A stretch of 64,000 bases of DNA from assembly GCA_951406725.2 (NCBI GenBank), contig OX597827.1, positions 32,922,001 through 32,986,000 on the forward strand, in the 5' to 3' direction. Below are positions 36,344 to 49,857 of this stretch, in pieces. How positions within the stretch are numbered: position 1 is the first letter of the stretch; each line of letters begins with the position of its first letter. Below the pieces are notes generated by a model. It was given only the letters and a program-made list of their open reading frames with translations, was not told where the DNA came from and did not search any database. The translations under genes and the position numbers were made by a program. The stretch is from Octopus vulgaris. Lineage: Eukaryota.

Positions 36344-36400
36344 ATACATATACATGTATATATATGCATACATATACATACATATATAAATATATGTGTG

Positions 36401-36450
<50 letters not shown>

Positions 36451-36597
36451 CTTCATTTAGGCATAACAAGATTGATAAGTTGATGTAGAACTCAATAAAC
36501 ACACAGCCCAGAACACAATGTTATATGAGTATAGAGTGGTAATAAAAAACAAAAAGGTGATATCAGAAAATCCAAATGTTATGTAATGAATTTCATT

Positions 36598-36678
36598 CAC
36601 TTACAGCTGTTTCTGCTATAAGATGTGATGGACTGTTACTTGAGTACCAGGATAACAGTTTATAGTTTCGTCAGAGCC
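36598..36678 (-). ncRNA. Hammerhead ribozyme motif with extended stem II
   Basis: Minus strand: GCT-CTGACGA-AA-CTATA..ACTGTTA..TAACAGT..TATAG-CA-GAAAC-AGCT-GTA-AGT. Intact CUGANGA/GAAA/GUA and the same ACAGCTGT palindrome as 2012-2060; stem I weak. Confidence 0.55.
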
Positions 36679-36894
36679 TTGAATATGAAGTACACTTCAT
36701 TTGGCAAAGTTAGATTTTCAGAACATACAGATATTACTCATAACGAAAAGTTGTCTCAATAAATTCTGTCCAACCCATGCAAGCATAGAAAAGTGGACAA
36801 TAAAATGATTTTGATGGTAACAAATACTTAAAGGGTGCAGGAAGGTACAAAAGCCGAAACATTATGACTATAACAACACAAGTCGGAATATTAT

Positions 36895-37240
36895 CATTAT
36901 CATCATCATCATCATCATCATTTAATGTCTGTTGTCCATTCTAGCATGGGTTGACAGTTTGATTGGGGCTGATAAGCTGGAAGGCTGCACCAGACTCCAG
37001 TCTGATTTGACATGGTTTTCTATGGCTGGATGCCCTTCCTAATGCCAACCACTCCAAGAGTGTACTGGGTGCTTTTACATGCCACCAGCACGGATGCCAT
37101 TTGCATGACACTGGTATTTGCCATGATTGTGATTTTGCTCAGCTTGATGGGTCTTCTTCTCAAGAACAATATAATGCCAAAGGTCTCAGTCATTGCCTTC
37201 ATGAGGCCCAATGCTTGAAAGGAACTCAGCCACTTTGCCA
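36895..37240 (-). mobile_element. RTE 3'UTR fragment
   Basis: (CAT)n-TTTAATGTCTGTTGTCCAT..GGATGCCCTTCCTAATGCCAACCACTCC; similar stubs at ~42110-42320, 44636-44790, 46040-46345, 46625-46920, 61385-61580, 61985-62495. Confidence 0.8.
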
Positions 37241-39229
37241 CTTTTATATTTGCGTATAAAAATATTCCTTTCTATTATAGACATAAGGCCTGAATTAAAT
37301 TTGTTTTTTTTTTTCGTTTTTGGTTGGAGAGGGACTAGTTGGCTACATCAACCCTAGCCCTAATCCCTTACTCAACTAGTATTTGTTGATGAAAGGCAAA
37401 GTCAACCTCAGTGGTATTTGAACTCAGGACATAAAGAGACTGAAAAATGCTATAAAGCTAACAATTCTATCTGTTTGGCACCTTGTACCTGTGCTAATAA
37501 TATCTATAACAATATATCATTTACCTGTTTGTTCGTTAAATGTATTTTTTTTTCTTGCAAAGATCAACATGGATTGGATGGGGAATTTATGAATGGCAGG
37601 ATGTTGTTGTCAGGTGCTCTTTCTGTTGGCAACATGTTTTCCAAGTAAGGAATATTTTCATTCCAAAGGTCTTCTGAAGTGCAGAACACCTGACCATCAT
37701 GTCAACAAGCAATGTGAACACCATCTTTATTTCACTCAAGTACTGACAAACATGGAATGTCTACATTCATGCACATTTCTGTACACACAAACACACACAC
37801 ATGATGGGCTTTCTGCAGTCCCTATCAACAAAATTCATTCAAAATGCATTCACGCACACACACACACAATCTTCAGACAATCAGAGTCTTTTCATTAAAG
37901 GCATATCAATTCTGGAGATTTCTTGAGCCTTGAGATTATCTCCCCTTCTCATTTAGACTTGGACCCAATTACTAGCCAGTGATTGATTTATCCTCTCTTC
38001 AAGTGGAGATAATTCCAAAGAATCAAGATTTATCTTGTCTGCTATTCCCTTTAACTCTTATTCCTTTCCATTGTACAAATAAATGCCACTGGCCACTCTT
38101 GAATTGCATTTCTTAATTGAATTTTTGTTTCATTTATGCAAATTACTCAGGCCGTAAATGCAAACTACACATTTCTGTGTATATCTTAACTACACAGCAG
38201 GCATGGCTGTGTGGTTAAGAAGTTCTGTTTTCAACCACACAGCCTTAGGTTCAATCCCACTGGATGGTACTAAAGGCAAGTGTCTTTCTATTATAGCTTG
38301 AGGCCAGCCAGAGCCTTGTGGGTGGATACGGCAGATGGAAACTAGGTGTATCGTATTATCATCGTCTTTATCATTTTAACATCAACTTTTCCATGCTTGC
38401 ACAGGCCAGCTGGAGCCTTATTGAGGTAGATTTTCAACAGGTGGATGCCTTTCCTGTTGCAAACCATCACCCATTTCCAAGCAAGGTAATATTTTCTCCA
38501 TGGCCAGACAAGTTCTCGAAGAATACCAGGAATGAATAAAGCTGCTTGTATGACAGTGTTATGACGTGGGTGTACACATCAGGTGTAAGAATAGCATTAC
38601 CCAAATAAATATTTGGATCTGATTATCTAGACTAACCTTTCGCAGAATCAATATGTTCACACTGAAAGCACTCTGTACTACACCAAACATAGTTATGATA
38701 TTAAACTAACTCAGTAACCAATATGGATGATCAACACTGCCAAACTGTACCACTGTCAACTACTTCATAGTTCACACAGTTTGTTATTTTAATGAAATGC
38801 ATTAGTCCACTTTCAGTCACGTTGAAGTGGTCAGGATCCTTCCACAACAGACAGTGACAACCATTTTACAACTAATTTGTGACACACACACACAAATTTA
38901 CATACGATGCACTTCTTTCGGTTTCTGTTCACCAAATCCAATCACACAGCTTTGATTGGCCCAGAATAGAGAAGGTACTTTCCCAAAGTGTCACATAGGG
39001 GGACCAAACCTGGATGGCTGGGAAGAAAAATTCTTACTACACAGCCAAACCTGCACCTATAAACATCATTTATATTCGTTTTTCTATGTTGGCATAGTTT
39101 AAATGCATCACACTATTTGTAATTATTATTTGGTTTGGGACAGCAACAGGGTAAAGCCGACTCCACAGCTAACAACATAAACACAAAAGATGAAGAATTA
39201 TCAAGAATTTATAAAGAATTGTGAAGAGT

Positions 39230-39620
39230 TACTCTTTTATTCTTTTACTTGTTTCAGTCATTTGACTGTGGCCATGCAGGAGCACCACCTTTAGTCCAGC
39301 GAATCGACCCCAGGACTTATTCTTTGTAAGCCTAGTACTTATTCTATCATTCTCTTTAGCCGAACTGCTAAGTTATGGGGGTGTAAACACACCAACATCG
39401 GTTGTCAAGCGACATTGGGCCACTCAACAAACACAAACACACAAGCACACATACATATATACAACAGGCTTCTTTCCGTTTCCGTCTACCAAATCCACTC
39501 ACAAGGCTTTGGTCGGCCTGAGGCTATAGTAGAAGTCACTTGCTCAAGGTGCCGTGCAGTGGGACTGAACCCAGAACCATGTGGTTGGTAAGCAAGCTAC
39601 TTACCACACAGCCACTTGTG
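39230..39620 (-). mobile_element. SINE family D, full length
   Basis: Homologous to 21275-21672; partial copies at 34620-34775, 38195-38345, 38880-39060, 45460-45825, 45880-46580, 52140-52360. Confidence 0.9.
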
Positions 39621-39789
39621 CACATTTAATGTAAAGTACCTGAGGTATTTTGAAAGTTTGTGAAGAATGTGAATATTTTGTGAAAAGTTTGTGGAGAGTT
39701 TGCGTTGAATTTGTGAAGGATATGGAAAAATAGAATGAGGTTGGACTGAGGTGATTGCTTGAATATTTGAAAGAGAACTGATTGCTTAC

Positions 39790-40709
39790 CAGTGGCGATT
39801 TCTCTCCTGAGTGCTAATTCTCGCAGATTGCTACATTGTGCTATGTGAAACCTGCGTCGCAGTTCAAGGTTTAGGTAAGCTTCCTGAGAAAGAAAGTTTC
39901 TGATGGAGAGTACGAGATCAGGGAGTTGCAACAACTCAGCAGCTACAATGACTTGATCGAAAATATCAAACTGTTCTTTGGCCACACCAGTGTATAAATA
40001 CTCGAGAATATAGTGGAAAGCTTGTGGTGTGATATCAGGGTTTAACTGTACAGTGCATTGATTAGATTGGAAAGGGTGCTTGGGTGGTTTTATCTCAACA
40101 GAGTGAAATGCTGGGTGGGAGGGTACAAAAGTTTTTGTCTCAAATTCTTTTTGTTCATTAGCGACGACATTCAGGTGGTCTGACAGTGGACTTTCAGGTA
40201 AGACTCCATCACTGTCTATGAGTCTGTCTTTGTCGCTGTCATCTGAGACTTTATCTTCAGAGACAACCTCCTGAGTTGGTTGCTCCAAAGTGGGGCTTTT
40301 CAAGTCTGTTAAGAAAAGAGCCTTGAATACTGAGCTGGTAACCATTAAACAAATTTTGTGGGCGTATATACATTGTCTTTTGGCTACAAAAACCACATCT
40401 CCTTCAATCTCGTCCCTCAATAAATAACAGAGGTCGTTGTATATTGCTATTGATGGCAGTGTCACCTTTGGGTAAGTGGGCTGCGGAAGTTCCATAGGAG
40501 GCTGGATCATTGGTGGTTTCAACTTTCGAAGCTGGCTGTCCCAAAATTTCATCTTGCGCCGGTCAGTGAGGGCCGCTCGAACTGTGTTTAAAAATACATC
40601 TTCAATTCCAAATTCCGTAAGAATGCTCACTTCGTAGTAAGCAACTCCAATTTCGGCTGCAATATCGCGACCTTCTTGAGGGGATATTATATCTTTCTCT
40701 TCAATTGGC
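39790..40709 (-). CDS. RhoBTB: RhoBTB coding exon 4 (end of GTPase domain, Pro-rich linker, first split BTB)
   Basis: (R)PIEEKDIISPQEGRDIAAEIGVAYYEVSILTEFGIEDVF...FWDSQLRKLKPPMIQPP...GDVVFV..IYAHKICL...FHYILEYLYTG. Acceptor TTAATCAG|, donor G|GTAAGC; 920 nt, phase 2 to 1. Confidence 0.95.
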
Positions 40710-41180
40710 CTGATTAAAATAAATAATTGAATTAATTAAAACAACAACAACAACAAGAACAATAATTGTTTCTAATTTAAGAACAAGGCCGGTAGTTTTG
40801 AGGGAAGGGGTTAGTCAGTTACCTGGCACTTTATTTTATCAACCCCTAGGGATGAGAGACAAAGTTGACTTTGGCAGGATTTCAACTCAAAACATTAAAA
40901 GCCATAATTAAATAATGTGAAGAATTTTGGTCTGATGCCTTAACGATTCTGCTGTTGGCATCAGAGGTAATTACTGGGATTACTTGTTTTTGCTACAAGG
41001 GCAACAATAAAAGAACTTTATTTTGTTGACTCTGGAAGGTTGACAGGTAAATTGGAAGTCAACCAGATTAAACTTAGAAGATGAAAGAATGCAGCTAAAT
41101 AACATAAAACATCTTGACTGATGTGCTGCTTACTGCATCAACCCACCTTATTATTATTATTGTTGTTATTATTGTTATTA

Positions 41181-41221
<41 letters not shown>

Positions 41222-41233
41222 AACAACAACAGT

Positions 41234-41383
41234 ATGCCCTGATGCAGTACCAGGCAGTGGCTCTCACAGCTTCTGATCTTAACTGATTGGAAGTGTTATC
41301 ATGTACATTGTTTTGTCTTGGTATAAAAGATGGACTACAGCAAATATTCTGCTCAATACCACAGATTTGTTTGTCAGTTGTTT
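41234..41383 (+). mobile_element. Family T element, 5' portion only
   Basis: Starts at the same ATGCCCTGATGCAGTACCAGG terminus, next to a TAT/AAC array. Confidence 0.85.
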
Positions 41384-41679
41384 TATGCGATTCCAAATAA
41401 TATTTTTAATATAATATTAAATATGTTAGATATTAAATATATAGAAATATAACATGATTTTTAAAAATAGGTAATGGCTATGAGGGTCCATCCAAGAAAA
41501 AGAGGAACCAAAGGGGTCCATTGATAAAAGAATGGTTGAGAAAAGAGCTAACCATCACCAACGCCACCACCACCACCACCACCACCACTGCCACCACTGC
41601 AGCTGCCACCAGAGTCACCGCTGCCACCACCACCACCAACAAGAACAAGAAGAACTGAGAGAAAAAAATATATATATAC

Positions 41680-41871
41680 CTATAAAGCAAACCTTTTTCC
41701 AAGTTCCGATAAACCTCAGTATTGTAGAGATATCGCATATCAGCTTGAGTACCAACGAGTACAATAGGAGTTGTGGGACAATATTTGCGGATTTCTGGCA
41801 GCCATACTTTCTTGACATTGATTAGTGACAGTGGTTTCACAACACTGAAGCACAAAATAACTACATCAGCT
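41680..41871 (-). CDS. RhoBTB: RhoBTB coding exon 3
   Basis: (R)ADVVILCFSVVKPLSLINVKKVWLPEIRKYCPTTPIVLVGTQADMRY...LLY(R). Acceptor TTTTACAG|, donor AG|GTATAT; 192 nt, phase 2 to 2. Confidence 0.93.
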
Positions 41872-42383
41872 CTGTAAAAGAAACGAAATATATAAAATTA
41901 TATGTGTCAGTTATCATAAGAGAACCTCTCATATGGAGTTGTGGTGCATATAGGCATGCATGTTTATATTGCTAGCGGGAGATAATAGTCTGCAGCTGCT
42001 GTCAGAATTACCAGCTTATGTGGTTTCAGCCTTCCTTGGCCTTGTCAATGGTAGATGTCTACAGCTAGAGACAGCAGCGATTACTCCATCAGTAATATAT
42101 ATATATATATCATTATCATCATCATCATTTAATGTCCACTATTTGATGGTTTGATTGGAATTGATAAGCTGGAGAGCTGCACCAGGTTCCAGTCTGATTT
42201 GGTATTGTTTCTACAGCTGGATGCCTTTCCAAACGCCAACAACTCTAAGAGTGTAATGGGTGTCTTTTATGTGCCACCAGTACAAGTGCCATTTATATGA
42301 CACTGGCAACAACTATGACTACAATTGATGGGTGCCGTTCACATAGCACCAACAACCACCACCACAACTAAGATGCACAGGTC

Positions 42384-42421
<38 letters not shown>

Positions 42422-42479
42422 TATAAGTATACATAATAATAATAATAATAATAATAGTAATAATAATAATAATAATAAT

Positions 42480-42695
42480 AATTGTGTACAGTGCTCAGGT
42501 GCACTACAACTCATCTAAAGTGTATATATAATCAGGTGTAGTTTCGGCGGATTTCGGCATGAGGGCCTTAAAGGATGCAGTGTCATGGCAGTCAACAACT
42601 GACGCAAGCAGTTTATTCCATGCTTCAGCAACTCTGAGCGTGAAAAAATGTTTCCAAAAGTCATGGGAGCTGTGTTGTTTTCTGACTTTGTAGGC
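42480..42695 (-). mobile_element. CR1/L2-like LINE 3' stub with (TAT)n tail
   Basis: KHFFTLRVAEAWNKLLASVV..TASFK matches the FF..RV...WN.LP..V...S...FK terminal motif of CR1/L2-group ORF2. Confidence 0.7.
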
Positions 42696-42697
42696 AT

Positions 42698-43002
42698 ATG
42701 GAGGCGCAATGGCCCAGTGGTTAGGGCAGCGGACTCGCAGTTGTAGGATCGTTGTTTCGATACCCAGACCAGGCATTGTGAGTGTTTATTGAGCGAAAAC
42801 ACCTAAAAGCTCCATGAGGTTCTGGCAGGGGGTGTGGCGATCCCTGCTGTACTCTTTGGCCACAACTTTCTCTCGCTCTTTCTTCTGTTGGCCTGCTGGC
42901 TTAGCCAGGGGGGTGGGGTCATTTGAAGGCTAAAACAATGCAAAGTGCATTGTGACCAGCGATGTGTAGCAACACCTGACAGCCTGGTCAGTCACAGTGA
43001 TA
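42698..43002 (+). mobile_element. tRNA-derived SINE (head A, tail type 1)
   Basis: Inverted homolog of 1143-1454. Confidence 0.87.
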
Positions 43003-43032
43003 TATATATATGATATATATATATATATATAT

Positions 43033-43900
43033 ACTAGCTTAAGGTGACCCGCTCTATGCGCGGGTAAGAATGTGGTTGTTACTTTCTGTTGCTTCCATTT
43101 TGTTTTTTATCACCACATTCACCCTCTTTGTTTCTCTCTCCTTTTTCTCTCACTTTCCCACTCTTTTACTCTTCCTTTCTCTCAGACTCTCCTTCACTAT
43201 CTCGTACTCTCTATCTTTCTCTATCTATCTGTCTCCCATTTATAAACAACAAAAGATCTTGAGTAAGTTGAGAAATAAAATATTTTGAAAGATCAATCAT
43301 AAATATCAGGCAGTGACAACGGAAAGGTCTGCTTCAAGGCAGACAGCAAAACACTAACATTTAAAAGGGACAGACAAACTTGCGAGCTGAATAAAAATAA
43401 AAAAATATTGGAAACCAAAGTTTGAAGGGATAGAATCTGAGGATAGTAGAGTCACCATGGCTGGCATTTCTTAACAACAGATAGCAACGTAGAGGCAGTT
43501 TAACGGCTGGCATAAAATTTTGAACTTGATGTAAAAGAAAATTCCTAAACACCAAGTTTTGAAGTGATTCTTTCTCACGACAGTAGACTCACCATGGCAA
43601 GCATTCAAAACTTCATCATGAACGGCAACACATTGACGATTTAAAGGCTGGCGCAAATTTTTTAGCTTGATGTAACAGAGAATTCCTAAACACCCTCTCC
43701 TGTAAATTTTAATCCCCTTCCAGCCCCATTTAGACCCCTTTTCACATTTTGGTTAATATAACCCGATTTCATTCGGGTCTACTTGGGCCACATTTTATAA
43801 GATGAGGAATTTTGTCCTAGAGATCACGCCTTTCATTTGAGGAAAAAAATTGTTGCCATGCAAACTTGCCAGCACTTTTAACATAGGTGTGCATATTTTC
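43033..43900 (+). mobile_element. Possible non-autonomous Helentron/DINE-like element
   Basis: Begins ACTAG..ACCCGC(TCTATGC)GCGGGT hairpin, then a CT-rich tract and an internal ~140-bp duplication (43410-43693); 3' end not defined. Confidence 0.4.
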
Positions 43901-44007
43901 AGCTCAACTGACCACATAATGCACACATAATATATATATATATATAAGTACATATATACGCATTATATATATGTGTGTGTGTATGCATTATATATACGAA
44001 TGTATAC

Positions 44008-44065
<58 letters not shown>

Positions 44066-44552
44066 AATACAGATATATACACTTTTTATATATACATTAT
44101 ATATACATATCTATATATAGAACACACACACACACATAAATTAACCCAATAAATATCTGATTCTTAATATTTGTTCTCATGATTGTGTGGTGGTGGTGGC
44201 GATGTTAATTCTCTGCATGAATGCAGACAGACGTAGAGAGAGGGGGGAGATGTGGGAGAAATAGTGACAGCACTGCGAAGGTAGTAGACACTGTCAAACG
44301 ACGTTATAGAGAGAAAGTGAAAGGAAGGGAGTTTGGGATCAATCTGTGTCAAGCGGGTTCTCTCTGTGTTTTAGCGTCGTTACTATGGCAACAGTCTGGA
44401 TACTTACTGATCAGACCATGCATATAAAGATAGATATGGCCGGTCTATGGGATTCCCCTGGATTTCATGCCGATAAAGCACTTAGCTTCACAGTGTTTTT
44501 TTAAACCCTAGCCCTATGGCCACATCTATCTTTATCCCTCTCTCTTCTCTCT

Positions 44553-44599
<47 letters not shown>

Positions 44600-44848
44600 T
44601 GTATATACATGAATATATACATATGTATATATATATATCACCATTTAACATTTGTTGTCCATGTTAGCTTGGGTTGGATGGTGTGACCAGAGCTGGCAAG
44701 CCAAGGGTCAGCACTACATTCTAGTCTAATGGATTCTAAGCAGGATACTCTTCCTAATGCCAACCACTTTACAGAGTGTGCTGTGTGCTTTAACATGGCA
44801 CTGCATATGTGTATGTGTGTGTAATATATATATCCACATATATGTATG

Positions 44849-44885
<37 letters not shown>

Positions 44886-44945
44886 ACATACACATACATA
44901 TATATATATATATACATATAGGAGCAAAGAACAGGTGTGTGTGTG

Positions 44946-44982
<37 letters not shown>

Positions 44983-47110
44983 CCACACACACACACGCAT
45001 GTATATATAAGAAACAACTTTTCTTCTTCACATGTTCCATTTCATACACAGCTGTATTCAAGTTTTTATATCTTTTTAAAAATCTTTGTATTTTCATATC
45101 AGTTTACTTATATTACATACACACACATACACACACACACATACAAACAGGGACACATTCAGGTCAAGGTCAACGCTGCTTTTATCAACCGCATTCACTT
45201 AGAAGGCATTGATTAGCAGGAGGTGACAAGTAGAAGACACTTGCCTAAGGTGCTGTTGTGCTGTAGAGTTGGACTTGGAACGAGGTCACAAAACACACAC
45301 ACTCACGCATGCACACACACGTGCACACACGCACATGCACGCACACACACACATATGCACACAAACACACAAGCACACACACACATACATACATGTGCAC
45401 GCACACACAAACATGCTAGTTCACACACACAAAACCTAAATTATATTTATTTATATATCTTTTATCTGTTACTGGTTCCAGTCATTAGACTACAGCCATG
45501 CTGGAGCACCACCTTGGAAAAAGTTAAATCAAATGGATTGACCTCAAGCTTGTTCTTTTTTTTTTAAGCCCAGTATTTACTCTATTGGTTGCTTTTGCTG
45601 AACCACTAAGTTATGGGAACATAAACATACCAACATCAGTTGTCAAGCAGTGGGTGGGGTGAGGACACACACACACATGCACAACATGCTTCATTCAGCT
45701 TCAGTCTACCAAATCAGCCTGAGGTTATAGAAGAAGTCACTTGTCCAAGGTGCCATGTGGTGGGATTGAACCTGGAACCATGTAGTTGGAAAGCAAATTT
45801 CTTACTACACAGCCATTTCTACACCCATAAGTTATTTATAAAGTATAAAAACTTATATAAATTATACATCAATATATAATAGGCATGGGTGTGGCGGTGT
45901 GGTAAGAAGCTAGTTTCCCAACCACAGGGTTCTGGGTTCAGTCCCACTGCAATGGCAACTCAAAAAAGTGTCTTCTACTATAGCCTCAGGCCAACCGAAG
46001 CCTTGTGAATGGATTTGGTAGACGGAAACTGAAGGAAGCCCATCATCGACATCATCATCATCATTTAGTGTTTGCTTTCCATGCTGGCATGGGTTAGGTG
46101 GTTTGACTGCAACTGGTAAGCCGGATAACTGCACCAGGTTCCCAATCTGATTTGACATTGTTTCTACAGCTGGATGCCATTCCTAACACTAACCACTCCA
46201 AGAGTGTAACAGGTGCCTTTTACGTGCCACTGGCACGGATACCATTTACATGACACTGGAAATGGCCACCACTACAGTTTCACTTGGCTTGACAAGTCTC
46301 CTTAAGTACAGCATATCGTCAAGGTCTCGCTCATTTGTCACGCCTTTGCGATTTATGTGTGTGTGTTTTTGCATCTGTTTGCCCCCTCCCCCTTCATTAC
46401 TTGACAACTGATGTTGGTGTGTTTACATCCCCATAACTTAGTGAATCAGCAGAAGAGACCCGATAGAACAAATGCCAGGCTTAAATGAAATGAGCCCTGG
46501 GGTCGATTTCTTTGACTAAAACCCTTTCAGGTGAAATTACTTTAACTTGTTACAGTGAAATTACTGTAACAAGTAAAAGAAAAGAATAAAAGAATATATA
46601 ATATGCTCTGTGTATTTGTGTATATCATCATCATCGTTTAACGTCCGTTTCCATGCTGGCATGTGGTGGACTGTTTGACTGAGGTCTGGACAGCCAGTGG
46701 CTGCACCAGGCTCCAATCTGATATGGCAATGTTTCTACAGCTGGGCGTTCTTCCTAACACCAACCACTCCGAGAGTGTAGTGGGTGCTTTTTACATGCCA
46801 CCGACACAGGAGCCAGTCAGGTGGGCCTGGCATCAATCACGTTCGGACAGTGCTTTTTTACGTGCCGTTGGACAGGAGCCAGTCAGGGGGTGCTGGCATC
46901 AGCCATGTTTGAAGGTGCTATATATATTTTATAACACACAACCATTGCAACTGTTGAAGTTTTACTCCTGTTTATATGCTTTACTTCTTAAATTATTGAA
47001 TACAGACTCTACTTATTGGCTGTAGCCATTCTGTTCGGCTTTTTTTTTATTTCCTAAAGTTCATTCTACTGTCTTCTCTGACCCACAATACTCAACAAAT
47101 GATTTTATGA

Positions 47111-47396
47111 AGTAAAAATTGTTTGCCAACATAACATGGCAGTTCTGGTTTAGTACAAATGTTGCTGCAATTTAGCCCCAGGAGACATCATCTCCAGCTA
47201 GCTATACGACACAATCTGTGTCCTCATATTTTCAAACAAGGGAATGTAGCACCCCAACTCAGCTCAAAACAATATCTGTGTATCATGATTTCTGGGTTAT
47301 TTCTCTTCATCAGCACAGAATGTCTCCTGGGGCTAAATTACAGCAACATTAGTCCTAAACCAGGACTGCCATGTTATGTTGACAAACAATATTTAC
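47111..47396. repeat. Fold-back element, ~77-bp inverted arms
   Basis: CAACATAACATGGCAGT..AATTTAGCCCCAGGAGACAT / ATGTCTCCTGGGGCTAAATT..ACTGCCATGTTATGTTG. Confidence 0.9.
47275..47319 (-). ncRNA. Minimal type-I hammerhead ribozyme motif
   Basis: Minus strand: TCTGTG-CTGATGA-AGAGAAATAACCCA-GAAAT-CATG-ATA-CACAGA. Perfect 6-bp stem I, intact core, palindrome ATCATGAT, AUA cleavage triplet; stem II degraded. Confidence 0.65.
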
Positions 47397-47788
47397 TACA
47401 AAGTACTGTTGCTGAATATCTCACATTGTGAGATTTAAAAATAGTAATTTTCTCATGTTCATAAATTCTGGTGATCAAATTAATTTTTTTCTTGTTTCTT
47501 CACTTGTAAATCTAAACCATATTCATTATATGCAAAGTGTTATCAACATACTTCTAATATACAATGGACTGTAGTTTTTTCATAAAGTGGAAAATTCAGA
47601 CAGTTTTTTGAGTTTCAGAGTCTCTGATCTTCCTAGTAAATGAAAGAGTGGAGAGCATGGCACTGCAGAAGTAAGGAAACTCCAAGAGAAAAAAATTTAA
47701 TACAAATACAACACTGAGCTTTCAAATATTTTCCTTAATTGCATGTGTGCATGTGTGAGTGTGTATGAACACATCAAATTTCATTTAC

Positions 47789-47892
47789 CTTCCGTAAGCA
47801 AATCGTCTATCTTTGTCATGGTAACCAAATGTATCCCAGAGTCGCAGAGAAACACAGGCGCCATCAACATCAATCCAAGAACGTTCCAGAAT
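47789..47892 (-). CDS. RhoBTB: RhoBTB coding exon 2
   Basis: Not in the ORF track frame. Hand translation [34 protein letters not shown](R) carries the RhoBTB-typical [15 protein letters not shown]. Acceptor TTCTGCAG|, donor AG|GTAAAT; 104 nt, phase 0 to 2. Confidence 0.95.
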
Positions 47893-48584
47893 CTGCAGAA
47901 AAAGATAAAGAGAAACCTTTGCAAGCATGGAAAACAGACCTTAAATGACGACGACGACGATGATGATTTGACAGGCTTAAAGATGTGCATTGTGCCCCTG
48001 TGTATGCTTTGGCTTGGTTTTTATGGCTGGCTGCCCTTCTTAATAACAAACACTTTACAGAGTGTACTGGATGCTTTTTTATGTATGGCACCAACACTAG
48101 TGAGGTTGCCATGCTTCCAGCAAGACTAAGAATTGCTTTTGACTGAAGTGGGCTACAGTAGAGAAAGAAGTGGTTTTATACTATGGGATAAACAATTAAA
48201 GTGTGAAAGAAGCGGCTAGAAGAGGGTCACATACAGTAATCCCATGCCATATTGCAGTTCACCTATTGTGGTTTATTACTTTAGCTTCTTGCACCTTCTT
48301 CAATAGTCATTGGCTCCGTCTGTTGTGTGTCATCATCCTTTTTGATGCTGCATTGTGTTCTAATGTCTTCTTTAGCATGGTTTCAATGGAGACTGGAATG
48401 AAATCTTCATAACGGATTTGTTAAAGGTTTCGGTTTATCCTTTATTCACATTATAGTAATCCCTCGACTATTGCAGGTGTTACATTCCACCCCCCACCCC
48501 GTGATATGTGAAAATCCATGAAGTGCTGTATATTTTTAAAATTATTTTTATAATTTGTATACATTTATTTTATTATAAATGCAA

Positions 48585-48856
48585 AACAAAAATGTCGCTA
48601 GAAGCTAGGATCACCAAGCATAGATTGGCATATTTCAGTCATATTATGCGGAGAAAATCCCTGGAGAAGGACATCATGCTCGGAATGGTCAGTGGCAAGA
48701 GAGTAAGAGGCCGACCAAGAACCTGATGGCTTGACACCATCAAGAGTGATACCGGAATGGACATAGCCAATCTGAAAGAAGAGGCCCAGGATAGAACTGA
48801 CTGGAGGACACTGATCGAGAGTCGACTTTGACTGAGCGGTTAGAGAGAGAGAGAGA
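48585..48856 (+). mobile_element. RTE (BovB-like) LINE 3' end with (GA)n tail
   Basis: LEARITKHRLAYFSHIMRRKSLEKDIMLGMVSGKRVRGRPRT*WLD..DRTDWR. Confidence 0.8.
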
Positions 48857-49125
48857 CTTAAGCTTATGCCAATTCCTCTGTGATGTTGTTTTGCATTTAT
48901 AATAAAATAAATGTATACAAATTATAAAAATAATTTTTAAAATATTAGTAAATGAGTGGAAATTGAACCAGTGAGTGTGTTAAATGATAAGGCATTAAGT
49001 CAGAATGACTCTCCTCAGACACAATAATTATATATACATATATGTATATTTTCATATGTGTGTATATATTTTTATGTTTGTGTGTGTGTGTGTATATATA
49101 TATACATACACACACACACATTCAA

Positions 49126-49157
<32 letters not shown>

Positions 49158-49433
49158 ACATCAGTGTATAAAACTAAAATAAACAGGATTAAAGGTGTGG
49201 TTAATCTGTCTGTTTATATTTTTCATAACCGCAAAGCTAAACAGATTTTAAAAAAAAAAAAGATATTTGGTTTTGTTTGTTTCATAAATGAAAACAGACG
49301 AAACTACCAACATATTAATCCCCACTTCCACACACACAAACACACACACACACACGCACCACCACCACCACCCCACCACCACCACTATTACCAATGTTTC
49401 TCTTTTATATTCACTCATATTTAGCAGCAGCAT

Positions 49434-49484
<51 letters not shown>

Positions 49485-49721
49485 CAGCAGCAGCAGTAGC
49501 AGTAGTAGTAGTAGTAGTAGTAGTGATAATCCATTCTACTCTAGACTCAAGGTCTGGAATTTTGGGTGAGGAGACTAGTCGATTACATCGACCACCCCCC
49601 CTAGTGTTTCACTGGTACTTAATTTATTGACCCCACAAAAGGATGAAATTCAAGGTTAACCTTGGTGGAATTTAAACTTAGAATGTGCTAATGACTCTAC
49701 CATCTTGCTGTTTTAGTAATG

Positions 49722-49791
<70 letters not shown>

Positions 49792-49818
49792 CAATAATAA
49801 TAATGATGATGATGATAA

Positions 49819-49849
<31 letters not shown>

Positions 49850-49857
49850 AATAATGA

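Noticed and set aside
39626-39789. ORF-track extension of exon 4 (GKQSVLFQIFK...) and similar read-through tails on other exons
   Set aside because: Lies beyond a strong GTAAGC donor; homology resumes in phase in the next exon.
42698-42775. Apparent tRNA gene (also 1380-1454, 29707-29773)
   Set aside because: A/B boxes are present but there is no complete acceptor stem, and each continues into a multi-copy SINE body.
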